This document shows positions 25,683 through 38,110 of a DNA stretch of 64,000 nucleotides, one piece after another (position 1 is the first letter of the stretch; each line of letters opens with the position of its first letter). Source of the stretch: Haliotis cracherodii (Eukaryota); contig NW_027266286.1 of NCBI RefSeq assembly GCF_022045235.1, positions 1,255,856-1,319,855 on the forward strand, in the 5' to 3' direction. The notes beneath the pieces are model-generated. The model saw nothing but the letters and a program-made list of their open reading frames with translations, did no database searches and was not told where the DNA came from. Made by a program: the position numbers and the translations under genes.

Positions 25683-26827
25683 CTGGCGTTGGTTATTGTC
25701 AACATTGTCTTTAGCATCCTTTCGTGAGTTTTTTCTTTCATGTGGCTTCTATTTGATTTGTATTTTGACCTTTATTAGTAACATTTAATTTCTTTTTTCG
25801 TAAAATTTTAGTATTACTACAAACTTTTCATCTTTATTAAAACTGATGTATTGTTTTACCAAATGACCACCAATGAAAACCCATATCTGGTAACTCAAAT
25901 AACAACGTCATTATTGGGTGTGACCACAATTTGTCTTGATACAGGTGATGCATTGAAGACACCAGCTGGTTCTGGTCCTGTTGTAGGGGTCGTTCTATCT
26001 CATCCCAGGCATGTTCCATTGGGGAGAGGTTTGGAGAAACAGCCAAAATTGCAGTACAGCAATGTTATGCTGCCTCAAAAAGAGTCTGTTACAACACGTG
26101 CACTGCGTGGGTGGGCATTATCCAGCTGCAATGCGACGTAAGTCCCTGCATTTGCACAAAGGGTTTGTGATGGCACCCCATACCATCACACTATCACCCC
26201 AAAACTAATGATGTTGACTAAAGCAACTGTTGCTAAAATTTTCCCCTGGGCGCCTGTAGACCTTTGCACGACCATCACCATGTCCAGATAAAACTCATCT
26301 GTGACCAGAATACTGTCTCAGTCTTTACTTCTGAAAATCAGATTTTGTCTACACCAAGCTAGGCGTGGCTGACGGTGATGTGGAGGCCAAACTGGGCATA
26401 TCGGTGGGCATCAGGGCCGGATGTTGTGCTCCCTCAGCCGGAGCTAAGTATCAATCCCTAACCCTAACGAGAAATTGTCCTGGCTTTTAATGTGGCAGTT
26501 TGGTGTCAATTCTGGACAATCAAATATGGTTGTCTTGTTGACATGACGTCAAATGTGGATAACCGGCTCGTTGCAAGGCATGAGTTTTGCCCTGTTGGAG
26601 ATAATGTCTCCAAAAAGATGATATTGTGTTTTGATGAATATCAAAATGTCTGGCAACTTTGTTTTCGCTATTCGTGTTTGCAGCAAACCCACGGCATGTA
26701 AACATTGATTTTCAGCATGCCTTGACATTGTGCAAGCATAATTTACATTATTTACAGGTAAACAAAGCATTTCATGAGAACCTGACAGCTAAACAATCAT
26801 TGTGATCTGTTCACTTAACAAACAACA

Positions 26828-27620
26828 TGTGTGAGTATCAAGCCCCTATCTCACATACACGATTTAAGAAATTGCGAACACGATTTAAGAAAAGTTGAAA
26901 AATCGTGTTGATTCGTGCTCGAACTTCTTAATTTCTTAACCAAACAAGACCCTCATACGACCAAAAACAACCCTCCGATGACCCTAATACGACCTTTATA
27001 CGAGTGAACACGACACCCATACGACCGTCATAAGATATTCATACAAAACAACACGATTTAACTTCATTTAACACGACCCCAATACGACTGCCATACAACC
27101 AAACACAAATGACATACGATGCCCCTATGACTTAATAAGAATCAACACGACCGCCATACGATTAAACCCGAATCATTACGATTTCCATTCGACTACAAAA
27201 ATAAACATGATCTCCATACGACTGAGCAAGACCTTCATACGACATATTTTTGTTTATTTTGGTCACGTGGGACATGTAGTATATAAGCTGCATTACAACA
27301 GCATTCCTGTGTCAGTCTTCACTGGCGATTTTGGTGGTGGTTCAGAGGTTTCAGCTGGCTCATCTTGTCCCATGGTTGGTTGTGAAGGATGTTTCCCTTT
27401 CGAAGATTTTGCTTGAAGGAGCTTCCGTTTCGGCCGCCTGAGGTTTGGCATGGCTGTAGAATGAGCTTTCACTTTCAGGGGGTTTCCCACGTTCTCACTC
27501 AGTCACACGAATGAACACGCATGAGTGCACGACCTTCATACGTTCTAACACGATTTAAGGAAAAACGTTAAATCGTGTTCATTCGTGTTCAGATTCATGA
27601 ATGTGAGATAGGGGCTTCAA
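26828..27620. mobile_element. MITE-like non-autonomous DNA transposon, about 790 bp. Terminal inverted repeats caagcccctatctcacat (26829-26846) and atgtgagataggggcttg (27601-27618). Subterminal cacgatttaag repeats. Degenerate internal catacgac repeats.
   Basis: Perfect 18-bp TIRs found by reverse-complement comparison, with subterminal direct repeats at both ends. No coding capacity beyond short ORFs. Confidence 0.65.
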
Positions 27621-29859
27621 GCTCCCACAAAACACGCAAACATCCAAATTGTGCACCATTCTTTAACATGCAAATGGTGAATTATGACCTCAAAGTCGAG
27701 GAGATGTCTTCATGAATATGTATTGAAACATGCATTATTTAATTTTCAAACAAATTTTTAGTCAAATTTATATTGAAGCACAGTTACTTTTTGCCGTCAG
27801 TATATATATGATATTGATACATTCATTTACATTCAATGTTTAAATAATGAACACATGTCTGTCTGACAGTTTGTTAATTACAACACAGTCTGAACTTCAT
27901 GTTTATGGCTCTCAATCAAATTGCATTAATATCTCTTACCAATCCAGTTGTGATGCTGAGGTCAGAGGTCGACACGACCGTGGACACTTCTTGTCCTCCA
28001 ACAACAGCTTTCAAGGTCGCCTACATTGAAACAGTCACAATCATATTGGATGTTCATTTGCTTGTTGTTAGCAAAGCACTCGGAAATATTCTAGCAACAA
28101 TAGAAGAAGAAGATTCATCATCATTCTATAGACAATAACGTACGAGTGACAACGTATGACAGATTATCTGTCCCGAGTGAAATGAATGTTGTTAGTCCCG
28201 AGCCTTGGCAAACTTTCAACATTAATTTTACAAGGGACAGATAATCCATCATTCCTCGTCACGAGTAGTTTATTGTTTTTATTACCCATCATCAAGTCCT
28301 AAATAAGAAGCTAAAAAGACAAGAAACATTTTACTCTTAAGACAGAGGCGAGGTCGTATTTCATATTCCTATGCATGTAAAACAGCATCAATCTCATGGA
28401 ATTTTACCTGATCACATACAGTCTTTGCTCAACATTAAAATTCAGCATATGCGAAATATTTCATTTGAGCAGCAATAATTCAGCAATATAATGAATTTTG
28501 TTGATAAACATACATTTTGATTCCTGTATAATAGTACAACAATGAATTAAAAATGACTTGTCATTATTGTTGATACAAAACTCAAACACATGTTGACATG
28601 TTCTATCAGTCGCCTCAACGTCACAAGCTCTCACGATACGAAAACAAAAACAAAACTTTTACCGGTCTTCGCTTTCTCAACAACAAGCTGTGTAAACTGA
28701 TTTTCCATCAGGCAATGTTTATTTGACAGACTTAAAAGTGAGCATACGTCTTACTTTTTGAAACAACAGTCAATGTCTTTGTCTTTCGATCTTTCGCCAA
28801 ATTCATAGAATTTGTTTCATACTGTGACTACGATATTGTTTCACAATAAGGTATCCCGATATTGTTTTTACTCTTCCTGGAATGTCTTGCATTTAGTTTT
28901 AATGAGGGATGTGTCGACTCTAAAACAGTTCAATGGCGATATTTTGTTCCACAATTCTACCAAACAAATTTCCGTCAATCTTCAAAAGATCATTCACTTT
29001 TATAGGGGATTGGAATGTTGACGTTGTTTACCTGCAGGATAGCAGATGATTTAGTCAATCAAATTTACAGTAATTAGTTTGTATGTGTGAGCCATAGAGG
29101 CGTTACGATTCACTCACGTATTCGGTGAATCCAACCGTATGCATTCATGAATTCAATTCGTTATTCGTGGCAACTTGAATTGATTATTTATGAATATGCA
29201 ATCATGTGCATTTACATTCCCTGTACCTAAAAATATCCATAAGAACAAATGATATGCATAGATTTCTTGAAAGACAACACTCTTATCATTTTTAATTTGA
29301 CAGGAATGTGGTCAATGGTCATTGTCGGTTTTGAGCAGATACTAGTACCTGATAAGTGCAGTATATAAATGTATAGTATTTTAATAATTAACCAACCATG
29401 TCAAATAATTTATGTTGCTATTGTTTCACTGAATATAACAAATAATACATCAACTGCTGACTTGTTATTGTATTCGCGAATTAATATTCGTATTTGTTAC
29501 TCTATATTAGTGATACGAATCATATTCGCCTCATAGTGTATTCATTGCAGCCCACATTTTATTTGGATTAATAAAAAATATACTTTTAGAACACCTTATG
29601 CTGAAGACTATAACTGACAAATCTCATGTGGCAGAATCTTGTTTGTGGAAAAAGATGGATGAACATGGTGAATGGGAAAAAGTAGTTCCGGCAAACACCA
29701 TTAACCAATGAAGTTACAGGAAAACAGCCAATCAGCATTAAGCCACTCCGGGGCAGTGGTGACTTAGCATAACACCACATATCACGTGACGGGACTTTTC
29801 TCTTGTTTATAAACAAACACGCTTTTTCAGAAATCAGAATACAATGGACTAATGCAAGT

Positions 29860-30350
29860 ATTTGGGGGACAGTGGCCGCATGGATCTCTGGGTAGGACAG
29901 TGGTCACATGGATCTCTGGGTAGGACAGTGGCCGCATGGATCTCTGGGTAGGACAGTGGCCGCATGGATCTCTGGGTAGGACAGTGGCCACATGGAGCTC
30001 TGGGTAGGACAGTGGCCGCATGGATCTCTGGGTAGGACAGTGGTCACATGGAACTCTGGGTAGGACAGTGGTCACATGGAACTCTGGGTAGGACAGTGGC
30101 CGCATGGAACTCTGGGTAGGACAGTGGTCACATGGATCTCTGGGTAGGACAGTGGCCACATGGAACTCTGGGTAGGACAGTGGCCGCATGGAGCTCTGGG
30201 TAGGACAGTGGCCGCATGGAACTCTGGGTAGGACAGTGGCCGCATGGAGCTCTGGGTAGGACAGTGGCCGCATGGAACTCTGGGTAGGACAGTGGCTGCA
30301 TGGATCTCTGGGTAGGACAGTGGCCGCATGGAACTCTGGGTAGGACAGTG
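29860..30350. repeat. 30-bp minisatellite, about 16 units (gtaggacagtggccgcatggatctctgg), ending about 75 bp from PARP4-like exon 22.
   Basis: Direct periodicity. ORFs at 29827-30415 are artefacts. Confidence 0.9.
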
Positions 30351-30423
30351 GGAGGTGACAGGAGAACTGTGCAGCTCCCTTCCCCTATGGGTATATAACA
30401 TAGTAACACACACATCTACCTAC

Positions 30424-30594
30424 CATGGTGCAGTTCGGCACCAGTCCATACACAACTTGACGTGAGCCGTTGAACAGAGCTGTGATCTGCCGTGGTGCTT
30501 GTGGCAATGTTGCTGCATCGTTGTCAAACTGTTGCCACTCAACTGCCACGGAGGTCAGCCCCGGTTGGGAGGCCTTACTGATCTGAGACTTCAC
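30424..30594 (-). CDS. PARP4: PARP4-like exon 22 (VKSQISKASQPGLTSVAVEWQQFDNDAATLPQAPRQITALFNGSRQVVYGLVPNCTM).
   Basis: Acceptor cccctgaacag|GTG, donor ATG|gtaggt. Human has IEDQMTRLCSPSCHSVSVKWQQLNPDVPEALQAPAQVPSLFLNDRLLVYGFIPHCTQ. Confidence 0.85.
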
Positions 30595-32159
30595 CTGTTC
30601 AGGGGAGGCTTCAGTTTATTCTTTCAGAAAAATAATGTTTTCTACATTTTTTGCTTTCACATTTATTAAATACACAAATAGGGTGAACATTAAATGAAAA
30701 TATTGTTTGAGATAATGTACTGTTTTAGTCACCTCTAACTAAACGGGAGCCACTGAGGTGGATGGCTGAGAATATAATCACTGATAAATTCTGCCTGGAC
30801 AAACAGGATGTTGTCATCACAGGTTGTATATACAGTCAAGTCTTGTTAATCCGACACTCGTTAATCAGACAATCAGCTTTATCCGACACTAATGATGGGA
30901 ACTGATTAAATCAGAGCTATTTAGACCTGCTAATCCGACAGTCTTGCAACATTAGCCACAAAGAAGCAGCTTTCTTGAGCTTTGCGGTACCAATTTCAAA
31001 TTGGCGACTTCCATTCCAGACTTTGCTTTTTAAAGTATTTTGAATCAGTCCTACAGTCCATAACAGTTTTGTGTTAAGCTTCAGAGGTTGCATGATCAGA
31101 AAACATACTCTGCTCGCAATGTAATATAACAATATGCATATTTCATTTTTTTATTACGTTTTTGTTTCATTATCTATTGTGTAGTTGTCTGATTATCAAC
31201 CACGAACATTGATACTACTTAATTTTGTTTATCTGACATACTCGTTAATCCAACATAATCATATGCAACCAACCATGTCGGATTAACGGGACTTGACTGT
31301 ATGTTATTTTCTCTCGTATTTCTGTAAGTATGCTATGTTTCTAAACAGGTCGTTCTGTTTCGTTTCTGTGTGAAAACAGTTCGCACACACACTGCTTAAC
31401 TTCGCGGATACATATCTAAAAGCATGAAAAAAGCATGAATATGCGCCACGTGTCGACCACACTGTGTCGTTGTAATTTCAGTTTTGCTTGAGAGATAGGA
31501 TAGGCAACATCTTTCACCACTCTTGTCATTTTGTAATCGCTATTGTAATAGAAATTTGGGAATTAAGAAAAGTTTGTAAATGTGAATTAGAGTACCATAG
31601 TAATTGTCGTTGGTAATTGTTGCTTTAAACCAAAATAAAACTTGTGTAAATGATTTAGAGTTCTTTGCCTGCCTATTGCGCTGGTACTGTTTCTGCTGAC
31701 CACTGCCACTGATGCATGACCATCAATGGCCCATCGTCATGTGCACAGTGCACAGGTCACAAATCAGGTGAAGCTAGGCAATGTCGGTCGTGGAGAGTCC
31801 TTGGATGGGTGACCACGTGTCGGCTCCTGCCAGTTTCTCGGGCTTTGGTCCTGTCCCCCACTGAAGTACAAGTAACAAATGTGGCGTCTCCTTGGGCAAG
31901 TGACTTTGTTCGAAATGTGACTCTGTTCACCCAGCAGGGAATGGATACCATGTAGGATGAGATGGCAATGTGGGTGTTAACTTTCTAGCGCCTAACAGAC
32001 AGGTTGGGTTGTATACTCCCCAGGGAGCTGAGAATGATTCTTGAGTGCACACTGATCCAGTGACCAGGGTAATAATGGCACTTTGAACATGCCCCTGAGT
32101 GGTGTGGAAATATGGGCAAATATGAATAGTCTATTATTATTATTATGATTAAGGCCTAC

Positions 32160-32259
32160 CTTCCTCTCCCACTTGGACTTGGCTTTCCGGTCAAAGAACT
32201 CGAAGGCTCCTCCTCCAACTCTTGCAATGGCTCGCAGGAGGTGCATGTTGGCAGTGGAA
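32160..32259 (-). CDS. PARP4: PARP4-like exon 21, VWA end (STANMHLLRAIARVGGGAFEFFDRKAKSKWERK).
   Basis: Acceptor tgtttctgtag|T completes Ser codon, donor AAG|gtaggc. Human has STANRHVLRILSQCGAGVFEYFNAKSKHSWRKQ. Confidence 0.85.
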
Positions 32260-32964
32260 CTACAGAAACATAGGGAATAGTACAGGTTTTCTTTGTTTAC
32301 TTGTTGTTTTACGCCGCATTCAGCAATATTCCAGTTATATGACAGCGGTCTGTAATTAATCGAGTCTGGACCAGACAATCCAGTGATTGACATCATGAGC
32401 ATCGATCCACGAAATTGGGATACCAATGACCTGCATCAACCAAGATAGTGAGCCTGGCCACCCGATCCCAATAGTGGCCTCTTATGACAAGCATAGTTGC
32501 CTTTTACAGCAAGAATGGTTGCTGGGGACGTATTCTACCTCGGTTCCCTGACTAAATGATCCAATCTCAGAGATACAAGAAAAACCAGCAACCCTACGGA
32601 CAAAGATTGTTCGTGACATGTGTACAGCAACAAGTCCCAAGTAACTGTCGTATCTCCTCAGGGATAAAATGTAGCATTTTTTCATGATTCCATCCCCCCA
32701 CCCCTAAAAAAAGACCAGTCCTTAAATAATAGAACAAAATGGAACTGTGTCATTTTTTCATTGCCACCCCCACCCACACTCCAAATAGTTGTGATAATTA
32801 ATTTTTGGAGACCCCCATTTTGTGTCATTTTTTCCTCACCCCTTCTATCCTCCCTGCCCCACCACACCCCACCCCACCCTACCCCACCCCACCCCACCCC
32901 ACCCTATAATAAATTACCAGTCCCTTATTACGGATGAAGTAACTGCAGTTCTCTGTCTCTGTAC

Positions 32965-33152
32965 CTGACACCGAAGGTGAAGACTCGAGTGTGAGCAGCA
33001 TTGTTGAGGATGGCGTTGAGCACACTGTCCTCGTTGTTGATGTGTCCATCGCTGATGATGAAGATGTTGCGGATTGCCGAGGTGGAAGCGAGGAGGTGGT
33101 AGGAGTGGAGGGGTCTAAACACCTCTGTGTTGCCCATGTCTGCAAAGGCCGT
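32965..33152 (-). CDS. PARP4: PARP4-like exon 20, VWA core (TAFADMGNTEVFRPLHSYHLLASTSAIRNIFIISDGHINNEDSVLNAILNNAAHTRVFTFGV).
   Basis: Acceptor ttgttgtctag|ACG, donor TCAG|gtacag (phase 2). Human has TMGNTDFWKTLRYLSLLYPARGSRNILLVSDGHLQDESLTLQLVKRSRPHTRLFACGIG. Confidence 0.85.
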
Positions 33153-33943
33153 CTAGACAACAATGGTGGATGTAAGTCAAACTAAACATGTCAAGCGAAT
33201 CCTCACCCCAGTGAATGGAGGACTAACTGAACCCTAAGTGTTATTCAACCACAGAGCTTGATCATTGAAATTGGCCACAAAATATCACATGCCCTGCCAT
33301 TTCCAAGATGGATCTGTGTGCTCCCCCACTCGGAAAAAAAATCCTTCTGTTTTTAAATCCACTTACTTGACCCATAAATATTCAAGTCAATACCAAGTTC
33401 TGCAAACAAATTTCTCGATCTATCCTTCCCACAAATCCTTCCATTCAATGTTATATGTGAGGTTTATTATATTAAGTTTATAACAATTGATCGAACTGTA
33501 CATGATTGAAGTTCCTCCCCTGATGGCAAAACATCTATGGCCAGTCAAATATTAATAGTAGACATTGATGCCCATCTCGACTATCCAAAGTTTGTGTGGA
33601 CCAACAAATTCTGATAGTGAACATACCTGGTCCTAATTTATGTAGTACATTTTTGACCCGGCTCAAACCCAGGTACTTTTCTACTTCCCCAGACTACTGA
33701 AACTACAAACATAGGGACTCATATGCCTTTACAATAAAGCTAAGCACAGGTGCATTACGGGAAGACAAAGGTAACATCTTGTTTTCCAGAAACAACGGTA
33801 GTTCCATTATTGCAATAAATACCTCACATTAGTGTTTATAATTGACAGAAGTAAAAATTCCCTCCGTTGTCTCCCATTGTAAGTATCCAAGAGCTGTCAT
33901 CCCAAATAGCGCCAAGGTTGCCTGGCAACCAGACTCAACCTAC

Positions 33944-34017
33944 CTTAAGGAACTTCTCCACAGCCTGGATGCTGGTCTTTGTGTTTGGCTGGCTGGTTGG
34001 GAAGAGTTCCTGGTGGC
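33944..34017 (-). CDS. PARP4: PARP4-like exon 19, VWA (GHQELFPTSQPNTKTSIQAVEKFLK).
   Basis: Acceptor ttgtcgtgcag|GC continues phase (G+GC=Gly), donor AAG|gtaggt. Human has GYKELFSYPKHITSNTMAAEFIMSA. Confidence 0.75.
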
Positions 34018-34454
34018 CTGCACGACAACATACGACACAAGATGCCATATAGTAGGAACATAAATTGTAGAATTCAAAACTTGCTGCTTATTCCTAATCT
34101 ATGATATCTACAATACAGAAACACAGAAGCGTGATAATCTCTTCATCAGATAGCATCATTATTAAAAGCATGAAGGATCAAGGCCTGGAACTGTGTAGGA
34201 ATACAATGCCTGAGTGAACTGCCCATTCATCATATAGTGCCAAATGACTGGCAGCCATGTTTGTTGACACACATCAGGATTCCAAGGTCTACACAACCTG
34301 GTATCACATGGCTGCAGGCTGCCGCCTGGAAGTACTTCCTGTCGGGGCACCTTATTTGCATATGTATTGGACAGTGAAACAAAGAGCACTGGATTGGGTT
34401 ATTGCATCAAGACAAAACAGGGATCCTTGCAATGAAGCAGAACCAGTGGGAGGC

Positions 34455-35335
34455 AAGATTCAAGGGTGTATTTAGAGGGTATTCAGTGGTCTATCTATAG
34501 GGTATTCTGGGGTCTATTTAGAGGGTTTTCTGGGGTCTATTTAGGTGGTATTCGGGGGTCTATTTAGACGGTATTCGGGGTCTATGTAAAGAGTATCTGG
34601 GGGTCTATTTAGAAGGTATTTAGGGGTCTTTTTAGAGGGTATTCGGGGGGTCTATGTAGACGTATTCGGGGGTCTATGTAGAGGGTATTTGGGTGTCTAT
34701 TTAGAGGGTATTTGGGCGTCTATGTAGAGGGTATTCGGGGTCTATTTAGGGGGTATTTGGGGGTCTATGTAGATGTATTCGTGGAACTATTCAGATGGTA
34801 TTCGGGTGTCTATTTAGGGGGTATTCGTGGGTCTATTTAGATGGTATTCGGGGGTCTATTTAGGGGGTATTCAGTGGTCTATTTAGATGGTATTTGAGGG
34901 TCTATTTAGATGGTATTTGTGGGTCTATTAGATGGTATTCGAGGGTCTATTTAGAGGGTATTCGTGGGTCTATGCAGAGGGTATTTGTGGGGCTATGCAG
35001 AGGGTATTCGGGGGTCTATGAAGAGGTATTTGGGGGTCTATTTAGAAATTATTTGGGGGTCCATCCAGAGATCCAAAGAGTATTCCGGGGTCTATTTAGA
35101 AGGTATTTAGGGTCTATGAAGAGGGTATTTGGAGATCTATGAAGAAGGTAGTTGGGGGTCTATGAAGAGGGTAGTTGGAGGTCTATGAAGAGGGTAGTTG
35201 GGGGTCTATGAAGAGGATATTCAAGGTCTATGTAGAGGGTATTCAAGGTCTATGTAGAGGATATTCAAGGTCTATGTAGAGGGTATTCAAGGTCTATGTA
35301 GAGGGTATTCAAGGTCGATGTAGAGGATATTCAGG
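34455..35335. repeat. About 30-bp degenerate minisatellite, about 29 units (gtctatttagagggtattcgggg).
   Basis: Direct periodicity. Confidence 0.9.
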
Positions 35336-35980
35336 ACTCAGCAGTGTGATGCACAGGACACAATTAAATTTGCATTTGGTACGTAGATACAACATATAAA
35401 ATACATGGTGCTATCATCTAAAACTGGTTCCCACAGGAGATATCGCTCGGGTGAGATCAAGATATCGCTGCAATGAATTTGCATCACAATGCTTTGCAGT
35501 CCATTGTGATGTCATTGGTTACCATGATGACACAATCAAATGCCATCACTGCTACTGAAGCTGTTAACAGTACTTTTACACTTAAGACACTACTTTTTAC
35601 TGTCTACAAACTGAAAAGGTTGGAAGAATATTGTTGGATGATAAATAAAATCTCATCCTTGTGTCTTTTGATATCAAATATATCAACACTCGTTGATAAA
35701 AGTGGAAAAACTCATCGGCAAGCTTCAGAGTTTTAAACTTTTATCGACTCATGTAGATGTAGAAAACAGAAGTCACTTGGGTGAGATTCTCCATTTAAGT
35801 GGTATTCCAGATTCGAAAGCAGTGTCCGAAAAAACTGCCTGCCTGCCTGCCCATGGCCGGTAACTTTTCTGTCGGGCTGCATGAAATTTTCCTCCATCAA
35901 CTGTCTGGCAGATAATTTTAAGACTACGAATGCTGAGGGCAGAAACAGTCATGTCAAAACACTGTGTGGACGACACAGAC

Positions 35981-36167
35981 CTGTCCCGAAGCAGAGGACG
36001 TTGAAGGTGGAGTGTGGCGGCAGGCTGTGCACTGACATCATCAGCAGCTTCTTGGCGTCCAGCACTGCGTCACCTGACATGGAGTTGGAGAGGTCAAGGA
36101 TGAACACAATCTCCACGTCATCTTCCTCGTCAGCCTCGAACTCGGGGTAAAATGTCAGCATGCAGGC
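35981..36167 (-). CDS. PARP4: PARP4-like exon 18, VWA domain start (ACMLTFYPEFEADEEDDVEIVFILDLSNSMSGDAVLDAKKLLMMSVHSLPPHSTFNVLCFGT).
   Basis: Acceptor tgttctag|GCC, donor ACAG|gtctgt (phase 1). MIDAS-like DxSxS motif. Human has ACMLVFQPDLDVDLPDLASESEVIICLDCSSSMEGVTFLQAKQIALHALSLVGEKQKVNIIQFGTG. Confidence 0.85.
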
Positions 36168-36174
36168 CTAGAAC

Positions 36175-36625
36175 ACAGAGTGAAGACAGGAGTGGGCAGA
36201 GAGAACAACCCTGTATATGTGTGTCAATACAATAAACGTTGGGGACACTGTTTACAAGGGAGGATGGTGGTCGAAGGAGCCCTGACTTGCAACACAGAGT
36301 GAAGACAGGAGTGGGCAGAGAGAACAACCCTGTATATGTGTGTCAATACAATAAACGTTGGGGACACTGCTCACAAGGGAGTGTGGTGGTCGAAGGAGCC
36401 TTGACTTGCAACACAGAGTGAAGACAGAGTGGGCAGAGAGAACAACCCTGTATATGTGTGTCAATACAATAAACGTTGGGGACACTGTTTACAAGGGAGG
36501 GTGGTGGTTGAAGGAGCCTTGACTTGCAACACAGAGTGAAGACAGAGTGGGCAGAGAGAACAACCCTGTATATGTTGGCCAATACAATAAACGTTTAGGG
36601 ACACTGCTCACAAGGGAGGGTGGTG
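36175..36625. repeat. About 118-bp tandem repeat, about 3.8 units, immediately adjacent to the VWA exon acceptor (36167).
   Basis: Direct periodicity. ORFs at 36130-36671 are artefacts. Confidence 0.85.
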
Positions 36626-36889
36626 GTCGAAGGAGCCTTGACTTGCTTGCAAGGTTGCATACCTTAATCACGCCAGGATCCGCTGATCCTTGTTTTGAAT
36701 ACCAGATTCACCCCATTTATGAACCTTGGTCTGCGAGTGCTACAGCTGTGTTCGTGGATTTCACCTAAGTAATATATGTCTACACTATGCAGCTATTGGC
36801 TTTCCTCCCACATAAAGCTAACACAAATGATATTAATGAAACAAAGAATTAAGCCTGCACAAAACATAACCTAGGGAAATATGATCCGA

Positions 36890-37425
36890 GAATTATCCCA
36901 CTCTAACTGAATGTCTCTCCACCGACAAACCAGAGCATTGTTCTACCTGATGCATGTCTCTCCGACAACAATCCAGAGCATTGTTCCTACCTGATGCATG
37001 TCTCTCCGACAACAACCCAGAGCATTGTTCCTACCTGATGCATGTCTCTCCGACCACAAACCAGAGCATTGTTCCTACCTGATGCATGTCTCTCCGACCA
37101 CAAACCAGAGCATTGTTCCTACCTGATGCATGTCTCTCCGACCACAATCCAGAGCATTGTTCCTACTTGATGCATGTCTCTCCGACCACAAACCAGAGCA
37201 TTGTTCCTACCTGATGCATGTCTCTCCGACCACAATCCAGAGCATTGTTCCTACTTGATGCATGTCTCTCCGAACACAAACCAGAGCACTGTTCCTACCT
37301 GATGCATGTCTCTCCACCGACAAACCAGAGCATTGTTCCTACCTGATGCATGTCTCTCCGCCCACAATCCAGAGCATTGTTCCTACCTGGTGCATGTCTC
37401 TCTCTGGATGTCTCTCCACCCACAT
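36890..37425. repeat. 60-bp minisatellite, about 9 units (ctctccgaccacaaaccagagcattgttcctacctgatgcatgt). The first unit provides the exon 17 donor.
   Basis: Direct periodicity. Confidence 0.9.
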
Positions 37426-37524
37426 GCGGGGCACATGTATCTCAGCCAAGCCAATCAGAAGCTGGAAGCCATCTTGAATTGTCTGCCCTTGACGCATCTG
37501 CACAACAGCCTTGGCAGCAGTCCT
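37387..37524 (-). CDS. PARP4: PARP4-like exon 17 (RTAAKAVVQMRQGQTIQDGFQLLIGLAEIHVPRMWVERHPERDMHQ).
   Basis: Acceptor ttctttcag|AGG. The donor CAG|gtagga is supplied by the first unit of the 60-bp intronic minisatellite. Human has RTDCKAVISTMEGSSLDSSGFSLHIGLSAAYLPRMWVEKHPE. Confidence 0.8.
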
Positions 37525-37849
37525 CTGAAAGAACCAGAGCCGATATTGGCGGCCAGCAGCATCATGGTAGCGCTACATCACGCCGGTGTTTCACCTTCAT
37601 CAACAATGTGCATTCTGAGTCAGACAATTATTTTACATTGTTCATTTTAACACCCATAATGTCAATTCTGAGGAGAAGGCTTTTATTAATGAGTCCTATG
37701 ATGGTGCTCAACATCATATTCATCCTTCACCTTGCTAATGACAGACCAACTAACAGATGGACAGATGACTTTTGCATATAAGCTCCCTTAGACCTTGGTG
37801 ATTAAACCAACAACATCAGGTGAGGTGAAATGGGGTTTGACTTCACGTT

Positions 37850-38110
37850 CAAGATTACAGCACTTTTTATAGCGACGTGCATGCATGTGTGTGTGTGGCT
37901 GCTTGTACTAGTCCAAACAGATGCAGTTTTTTTAGTGCTAGCCAACTGAGATACCATGCTGCAGTTTAACATGAATACCCCACTAAGACACAGTATACTG
38001 ACTCAGAGCCGACCAGCCCCTTAGTGCCGAGCGCCAGGCAGGTTAATAACAAGTACCATCTGTTAATGTTTTTGGTATGACACGGCCATGAATCGAACCC
38101 TGGTGTACCG
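37850..38110 (-). mobile_element. Repeat family E copy. Its tRNA-like tail is continuous with the 39-bp minisatellite at 38110-39095.
   Basis: Similar to 23190-23520. The tail motif gacgctctaccactagaccatggaggcggtctcc is reiterated about 25 times downstream. Confidence 0.6.

Noticed and set aside
31757-31951. 64-aa minus ORF between PARP4-like exons 21 and 22
   Set aside because: No similarity to the PARP4 segment expected here. Exon 22 at 30594 follows exon 21 directly in sequence (..KSKWERK|VKSQIS..) and in phase.
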